A DNA stretch of 62,684 nucleotides, the filler included, from Choristocarpus tenellus KU-1152 (taxonomy: Eukaryota > Protista > Phaeophyceae), in NCBI GenBank assembly GCA_964200185.2. It is 13 parts of 13 records of this genome, joined end to end, with 100 filler letters (N's around TTAATTAATTAA, not from the genome) between each part and the next. Parts side by side here need not be neighbours in the genome. Positions count along the whole stretch, not along the records: positions 52,085 to 55,187 come from CAXNAD020022305.1; positions 55,288 to 59,375 come from CAXNAD020016294.1; positions 59,476 to 62,684 come from CAXNAD020021518.1; 10 more parts are not named here. One strand, written 5' to 3'. This document shows, in pieces, positions 54,901-62,684 of the stretch. How positions within the stretch are numbered: the stretch's first letter is position 1; the number at the start of each line of letters is the position of its first letter. A model generated the notes under the pieces. That model was not told the DNA's origin. It saw nothing but the letters and a program-made list of their open reading frames with translations, and searched no databases. Position numbers and translations under genes: made by a program.

Positions 54901-55656
54901 TGACCGCATCCTGATAAGCCATTATTCAGTGTTCCAAGAATCTTGTATCGGTATTGACTTGCGAGGGTTAGACGTTACGGTGGAGTGGTATGAATGGTGA
55001 TATTGGGAGGTATTTGTGTGTACAATACAAGGCGTCTGTATGACATAAATTTGAGTGTTTGGTTCTCACGCACCTCTCAAGAAATGTATGAAACAAACAA
55101 CTGACATAGATGGTTTTCACTGTTTTTTCCTGGATATATCTTCAAAATGTTCAAGGTAGAATAATAAAAATTGTTGGAGTTGTTGTGNNNNNNNNNNNNN
55201 NNNNNNNNNNNNNNNNNNNNNNNNNNNNNNNTTAATTAATTAANNNNNNNNNNNNNNNNNNNNNNNNNNNNNNNNNNNNNNNNNNNNGTTGGGCTTAGGG
55301 GATTGAGGAGGGTGTACTAGTTGATGTTAAATGTATATGGTAAGGCGTTGATGACGCAGTTCGTCTTGGAAGTGGGAAAAAAAAATAGAACATTTTATTG
55401 TCTTAACGATTCTTTTTAGAGTGTCATCATCTGACATGAGAGATTGATTGTTGGAGAAAAACAAGAATGACTGCAATTCTTGCAGAGATTACTCTTTTTA
55501 GCCATTTTCTTAGGTTGAATCTACTCCTGTAAGCTTATTGATGATCAATGATTGTTTTTTAGGTGTTCCTTCACCACCCCCACCCCCCATCCCAACCATA
55601 TATGCACACTAACATGCATCCAATTGTCATCTAATTGTGAATGTGTCATTTGGAAG

Positions 55657-58411
55657 GCTCTAAAGACCAACAAGGCTCTAGTTGCCTCAGTGGATGGGAA
55701 TACCCATGTCGGCAAGAGAGTTGTGGAAGGTGGAAGCCTTCCAGAATTTTCAACAGAGGAGCTGGAGAGTGTATCCATGTGAGCTGGACAAGTGTTAGGG
55801 AATCAGATTGTACATTGCTCAAATTAAGACTTGTTGATATTCCTTGTTGATGTTCCAACTGATTGAAAAAAAATCTTATTTAGAAGTTCGGGGGAGGGGG
55901 GGGGGGGGGTTGTTGAGGTAGCCTTTCTTTTTCTGTATTTTATCCNNNNNNNNNAACCAATTCTTCTCTTCTTGCTCTCTTGTTCTGTTAATGAATGTGA
56001 AAAAGAGTTTTTTTTTGGGGTGTTGGGGGGGGGGGGGGGGGGGGAGTTGTTGAGGTAGCCTTTCTTTTTCTGTATTTTATCCACCTTTTTTCTTTTTCAC
56101 TTAGGGGTTAGGGTTATAGGGTTAGGGATACTTAAATCGCCATTTGATTCTTTTCAATCTTTCAAGGTGTTTTCTAGTTGCTCGATTGCAGGGTTAGGGT
56201 TAGGGTAAGTTAAATCACTGTCCCTTTATTTGCGACCAAATAGAGCCAGCTGGTGAATCACTTTGCTGTTCCCTGTATGAATTTCATGGGTTCGAACCCG
56301 ATAGATGTCTTTTTCTTTTTTAAATGTGTCAGTGAGAAAGAAGTTGAGGTATCAACATGTGTTCTACTGAGTGTCGAGATGTGAACAATAAACAATAAAT
56401 AATAAATAAATAAGAAGGCGGAACACAGTTTTTTTTTTTTCATCTTTGGATGTAGTAGTGGTACCACAATTTTAGATCTTAATAGAGAGAGATCAATAAA
56501 TTCTATTCATTGCAAGTCAAGTCTGCGTTACATTTAATTGATACTGTTGATGTTACATATATATATATATTGAGATGGGGATGTAGATAAGGTGATTTAC
56601 TGAGCTGTCTGTATGGTGTGAGAGAGGTATGGGGTACTCAATTTGTACTGTCAAGGGTGTACCTTCTTTTGTCTTACAAGCCCTGTAGTCATCTGGAGTT
56701 ATTTGGTAAGATCAGCAGGAGAAGGTATGTCTTTGATGGTTAGTATTTTCAATGGTAAGGTATGGCCTGTAAGTATTGCACTGGTGTGCATTCTCTTGTG
56801 GTACTTGATTCAGTGTGTCTTAGAAAGAAAGTAAGAGCAAAGAAGGGTTCTCCAATCACATCACACCACATCATATCACATCGCATCACGTCATATCACA
56901 TCATATCACATTGCATTGCATCGCAGAGAGGATTTGAAGTTTGAGATTGCAGAGCTAGAGGCAGAAAGAAAGAAAAAGGAATCTGAGGTAAACCTGACTG
57001 CTCTCAAGAACTATTGTCAGAAGGAAAAGGAGTACCTTGGGTGGGTCAGTGCGTTGGAGGCGGCTACGAGTGAGAGGAATGCTGCAAGAGGGTGAGAGGA
57101 ACCCTAACCCTAAGTTTGTTTTGTCCCACAGGGTGTTGAGGTCACTGCAAAGGGTTGTAGTTTACTTTTTTATTTTTCAGAGGACTTGAAAAAAAAATAT
57201 ATATATATATATTATATTAACTCCATCTCCAATCCGATTTTATTTTTCCCAATAAGTTGACAGTACTGTACCTTTTTTAGTTCATAGTATTGTACCCTTT
57301 ATAATGTTGTTGGTGTGGTAGCAGATGTTTCTAAGTGATTGGTAAGATAAATTGCAAGCATGTTTTTGATGGAGTATTTAAGATTGTGGTGAAGATGTTG
57401 GTATTTGATGTACTACTCACTGGCTAGTACCTGGTGGTGCCATGAACTTTAAGTACTATTTGATATGATATTTGATATGTAGATGTTGACTACGAAGAGT
57501 TGGACATTTATTAATTTATTAATTGGTTTGGTATGTTATTGTATTAAGAAATTGGTCATTGACTTCAATGCGCTAGTACTCCCCTTACCACCTCAATATC
57601 TAAGATATGTTAAATTCAATTAAATGTGTTGGTTTTACAACTAATGTTTTTTTTCACTGTAGCATGCTGTAGACTACTATCGCTAACTTATTATTATTGT
57701 TATTAAATGTACCAACTCCCTCACTCGCTATAAAGAGAAGTTGGTTATAATTGCTACAAAAGAGTTCATACTAATTGTTACAATTAGAGTTAATTGTAAT
57801 TGTTACAAAAAAGTTGATACAAATTGCTACAAGAGAGTTCATACTTGTCTTTTTTTAATAATTTGAGGTAACTTATATCTATATTGAGGTGATGTACACT
57901 GCATTGTGCAATGCACATGTCCATGTTTATACTTTATACTTTATACTCTTTAGTGTCTCTATGGTTTTGTTGTTTGCTGTCCTTGACGTTTCCTTGTTGA
58001 TTGGGCTGTCCTCCCACTCCTTCCTATCTTATATTTTTTTCTACATTTTTAATTGGTTTTATTTCTTTTTTATTGTTTCACCCATCCTTCCTGTCCCCCC
58101 ACCCTTGTCCATACCCCCTACCACCCTGCTATTCTGTGATTGTAATCCTTTGACTGTAAATATATTGATAGTGTATATATATTGATGTTTGTTGTTGCTT
58201 GTTACACCCCTAACCCTAATACTAATACCAATACTCTGTCTTTTCTGTGTTGTTGTATACTAATTTGTTACATACTAATTTGTTACATACTAATTTGTTA
58301 CATACTAATTTGTGTGAGAAAAGGAGACATGAAGACCTTCGCCGCCGGAGACTGGAGGAGTTCATGGCTGGATTTGGTCAGATCACACTCCGCCTCAAAG
58401 AAATGTACCAG
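55657..58411 (+). CDS. SMC4: Condensin subunit SMC4, three internal exons
   Basis: Exons 55657-55778 (LPEFSTEELE), 56927-57091 (EIAELEAE..VNLTALKNY..KEKEY..ERNAAR) and 58324-58411 (HEDLRRRRLEEFMAGFGQITLRLKEMYQ). This is the coiled-coil end preceding the SMC4 C-terminal head. Confidence 0.9.
56856..56926. repeat. Degenerate pentamer microsatellite (ATCAC/ATCAT/ATTGC) ending at a splice acceptor
   Basis: About 14 units run directly into the CAG acceptor of SMC4 exon 56927. Confidence 0.85.
58257..58312. repeat. 15-bp tandem repeat (ATACTAATTTGTTAC), about 3.7 copies
   Basis: Directly visible, 11 bp upstream of SMC4 exon 58324. Confidence 0.95.
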
Positions 58412-58433
58412 GTTAGGGTTAGGGTTAGGGTTA
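58412..58433 (+). repeat. Interstitial telomeric (TTAGGG)n tract
   Basis: GTTAGGGTTAGGGTTAGGGTTA. Similar short tracts at 36009-36023, 51251-51275, 56101-56127, 56191-56205, 57101-57113, 58208-58219 and 61438-61459. Confidence 0.9.
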
Positions 58434-59475
58434 AATTTAATAATTAAATAGTTATATATCTGCTGTGAAGGACAGTTATGATCGTTTTTTATATATATAA
58501 AAGAGGTTGAAAAAAAGAAAAAAAGACACTAGAATAATAATAAGAAAATTTTGTTACATGTTGGAGTGATCTCCTCTTGAATGTTTTCTATAGTTGTGTA
58601 CAGGACTGTGATATTCTCTCTTTTTCATGGTATGATGGTATGATGGTATGATGGTATGATGACCGCTGTTTTGTCTCCGCAACATGATAGGTTGGTTTCA
58701 AATACTGGTTTCAAGTGAGCAGAGCCCCCCCCCTTTTATTTTCTTCCATCACAAGACTGTTACCTTCTTTTTTGGGGTGTGTGTGTGTGGGGGGGGGGGG
58801 GGGGGGGGGGGGGGTTGGGGGCGTTCCCCCCCACACCCCCCCCCCACCGGAATTTAACTTTTAATTGTTCTGTAAAATTATTTACTAAAAGGTGGAACTT
58901 CAAGTTAACTAACGAATACATATCGTAGCTAGGCTGTCCACTTCATGCTGTTGTGCTGTTAGGTCTTTTTTTATTCTGGTTGATATAACTGTTCTGAATA
59001 TTCCTTAGCGCTGTAGAGGGGTTTTGATAGATAGTGATGCAATGTTGATCCACTGTGTACCATAATTGTTCCAACTTGCAGGAGTTTTTTGTTGTGCATA
59101 TTTCTTGTACTGTTTCAGTATTTCATTGATTTTTTATTTATATATGTATGTATATATTGGTAGTATCTGAACAGAGAAAGCTCTGTTTATCCATTTTTTT
59201 CAATTTTTGACAAGTTGTCTAGGGCATGTAGACTTTGGCGGGGTTGTTGGATAGATATTTTTCTTTTTTTTGATATATGATCATAGATGAGGGGGGGGGG
59301 GGGGGGGGGGGGTGTTTATTCCCCAATTATAAAAAAAAAAAAATTTGCATTTTTTTTTTTTTTTTTGGTTGGATTNNNNNNNNNNNNNNNNNNNNNNNNN
59401 NNNNNNNNNNNNNNNNNNNTTAATTAATTAANNNNNNNNNNNNNNNNNNNNNNNNNNNNNNNNNNNNNNNNNNNN

Positions 59476-62400
59476 CCCCCCACCTCCACCCCTTGCCAAA
59501 CCACGCTTCGACACCTCTGTCCCCGTCCCTCCCTCCACCCCTGCACCTGACGATGCCTTTACACTGGCAGCAGCAGCAGCTCTGGCCCTAGCAGCGGCAG
59601 CGGCGACAGCTGCAGCAGCTGTGGGATACACAGTACCAGACTTCAAACCTACTCCCCCTTTACCCTCTGGACTTAGTCCCCCTGCGACCTTGTCCTCCTC
59701 TTTTCTCTTGTCACTTAGATCTTGCGAAGGTAACGCTGATGCCCCTGCCCCAACCTTGTCCCCTGCCGCTGCACCTGCCCCAGCCCTCTTGTCACCACTG
59801 CCCTGCCCCTGGGTTTGCTCCTTGGTTGGTGCCGCTGTCTTCTTTTTCCTCGATGGCGAGGTGATTTTGGTCACTGTGTTGCTGCTCGGTGTCGTCACAA
59901 TTGCAGTGGATGACTTCTTCTTGGGAGAGGCAGCGGTCTTAAGTGTTTCTTTGCTCTTGAATATCTTTTTGTTGGAACAGTGCAAAAAAAAGAAAAGCAA
60001 GGGGAAGCAGTAGCAGTGGGAGGCAATGAGAGATAAGGATCGGTTGACTCTTACATATCTTTGTGAATTCGGAGGGGGTGCAGCAGCACTTACTGTTCAC
60101 ACAAGGAGGGAGGGAGGGAGGGTGACGACACCCCCAGACAGAATGCCAATCAGTTTGTGTTGAGCACTGCCTCTTTCCCCTCTGAGTCACACATTCATTC
60201 AATAAAAAAGAAAAAAAAGGCATGAAACCACATTCCAGATTCTTAGAGGCCCTAAATATTGTCCTCTATTCAAGTGAGTGTACCTGAACAAGCTGGTCAG
60301 ATTACTCCACCCTTATCATAGGGTCAAGAGCAATATCATTTGAGGCAGTTTCAAGAGGGTAATCGGAACATAATGCTGAGCGCACCCAAATTAATTTCAG
60401 TGTTGGAGAGAGCATGATCCCCACTGATGCAGCAACTAATGTCCACAAGCCAAGCAAATCCATCAAATCCATCAAACCAATCGATGAACTGCTATCAGGC
60501 ATACATAATCCACCCGGTGTATACACCCCTAATCAATCATCATACATGTAGGCCCCTCAATCTCTGAACCAAACTAGGAAAAACACCTTCAGCAGTTGAG
60601 AGTACACTTCATGAACTTGACAAATCCTGTCAACTCCAACAGTAACAGTGATAGAGGAGTGTAAATTACTACATACCCACCGACACTTTTTGGGGGGTCT
60701 GGTCTAGTTTCAAAGGAATTAAATAATAAAATTGTTGCGGTCTGTAGTTCCCTTTATGCACACCGGCTCTATGTGTGATCCATGGATATTCAACACACCA
60801 CAAAAATATGGGTGGGGAGGATCAAATATAAGGGCATGCATTGGCCTCAACGCAAGGGTTCTTCTGCGGACAGGTACTGGTGAGCCATTTCAACCATGCC
60901 TGCCCTTACACCTTCAAACGCAATTAACTCAATAGAAACCCTAACCCCAAGTCTAAATCTGGCATCAAATAAAGAATCAAAGACCCATAAACCAAACCAC
61001 ATCACACACTTTCGGGAATGAAGACAAGAGAGACTAAAAAAAAAAAAAAAAACTCACAGGAAGAAGCGGGATTTTTTCTACATGATACAGAGAGAGTATA
61101 TTTGAAGTAGTACTCTAACAAAAGCTCAATCAGAAGAGTCTAGAAGCACAGATCAACAGACATAACATATGACCCTCTGCCAGATATCATTGGCAGTATA
61201 GGTGGAATTAGTTTACGACTAGCACCGAAAGTGTCAACACCGTTCTGCTCCATCAACTACCAATTTCTTAGTTGGTGGAAAGAATCGGGAACCTTCCGGA
61301 TTAATCGACGATGTGCTGATAAAAATGGTACAATTTAAAAAATATATTGATCTTGAATGCAGTAGACAAACTCTCTCAAGAGTCTGCGAGACTGCACCTG
61401 ACTCAGAAGAAGCCTACCGAAGAGAGATCAACAGATACCCTAACCCTAACCCTAACCCTGTTTCTATCCCTCAACAGACCCTTATCACACATATTCTATC
61501 ACCCTAATCACATATTTAATTTCTACTTGCACAGACTGATACCTGTGTATGTGTGTGTGTGTGTGTGTGTCTGTGTATGTGTGTTTTTGTATAAACATCA
61601 ATTTTAGTTGGTGAAAAACTCGTTTCTTAATTAAAAAATTCCTACATGCAACAAAAAGTCCTTTCAGCTCGATGGGTGCTCACCCCAAGAGGCCAAGAAA
61701 TTGGGGCTACCTCTCATTCTGGTTCACATCTCTTTACAATCATGGACCACATACAGCAGCAAGCAAAGATCATACTTACATCTACCCTCTATAGAGATGA
61801 AAATGGGGTTTGGGACTAGCCAGTAGTACAACGTGACTGTGAAGGAAACCTACCACAATATGACAAGTCAAGATTGTATTGACAGCATTGTTCCAAATGC
61901 CATCACATGACGAACCGACCCATCGACCCACTGAGTCGGTGGCAATCTCTGATTTCTGAGCAAATCATGCAGCCCACACACCTTTAGGAACTCCCTGAGC
62001 TATAAAGAGCCTACTACACCATCACATTCCCACAGAGGAAGGGAAGGAATAGTCTGACATTTGGTTCTATTTTCTTCCAAACACAACATTAGTGGTACTT
62101 ATTGAAATAAGCAAATTAGGCCATTATCCATGCTGATTCCAAACCCCAATAATTCCACACTAATATAAAAAAAATCCAGTACAAATACATACATGCACAC
62201 ACACACTACTACAGCACTACAATATTACCAGAACATATGAACTATTTCATCCCTCCGCCCTATTTTTCAGTCTCTGCTGATAGGATAGAGTTCTAGAGCC
62301 ACACTCCACACACCATTCAGAGGTGCACACACTAAAACCCTCATTCTATCCTCCAGGTCAAGATAGGGATGGAGATAGGGCCAGCACTAGAGACGGAGAT

Positions 62401-62630
62401 GATAGTCTGGCAAGTAGAACTACTAAAAGTACACAAACTACAACACAATACAGTACATCTGGTACCTTTCGAGGGGAAGCTTCAGCCACAGCCTTGGCCT
62501 TAGCACCCCCCTGCCCACCACCACCACCACCACCACCACCCTTGCTCCCTGCCCCAAGTACTGTAACTTTGAAAGAGTACGGCTTGATGTCTGGATATCT
62601 GCACTCATGGACACGGCAAGGGGGGGGAGG
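59476..62630 (-). CDS. Hypothetical low-complexity (K/S/A/G-rich) protein, partial exons
   Basis: Long open GC-richer segment 59476-about 59965 and a probable exon at about 62466-62610 (YPDIKPYSFKVTVLGAG..SPRK|gt). Intermediate exons not resolved and no recognisable domain. Confidence 0.45.
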
Positions 62631-62684
62631 GGGTAGACAGGTGTAGAGGTTGAAATAGCGGTAGGAGGACATACAGGGCCAAGC

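Noticed and set aside
55886-56083. Direct repeat (poly-G..TTGTTGAGGTAGCCTTTCTTTTTCTGTATTTTATCC) on either side of a 9-N gap
   Set aside because: Most likely a scaffolding or overlap artefact at a homopolymer.
56288-56299. tRNA T-arm-like GGGTTCGAACCC
   Set aside because: No D arm, anticodon arm or acceptor stem around it; at most a B-box or SINE relic.
58324-58411. Alternative frame GDMKTFAAGDWRSSWL resembling an F-box/JmjC segment
   Set aside because: The other frame matches SMC4 strongly and is phase-consistent with the upstream exons.

Overview
Eukaryotic, intron-rich draft-genome DNA, not a prokaryotic locus. It most likely comes from a photosynthetic stramenopile (brown alga or relative), judging from an ASAFAP-type bipartite plastid signal, TTAGGG repeats and many short GT-AG exons. 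The window is 13 unrelated contigs joined by artificial 100-bp N44-TTAATTAATTAA-N44 linkers, so most ORFs in the six-frame track are spurious and real genes had to be spliced by hand. Two genes reconstruct completely and lie head-to-head 202 bp apart: a 12-exon plastid-targeted Tic22-like gene (9298-14457, minus) and an 8-exon, ~400-aa DGQHR-domain (DndB/ParB-like) gene with a mitochondrial-type presequence (14660-18539, plus), which is the most unusual feature. Partial genes: DnaJ/Hsp40 C-terminus, HMG-CoA synthase, GDT1/TMEM165, NSUN2/Trm4, a TMC/OSCA-like membrane protein, SMC4 and two hypotheticals. Mobile DNA is abundant: a decayed DD39D mariner, a spliced Sola2-like transposase, two copies of an intron-containing PIF/Harbinger element, gypsy and copia remnants, a solo LTR, and three related MITE families sharing an AAAGTATCT-type terminus with variable 3-bp target duplications. 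All family assignments are by motif recognition; no searches were run.
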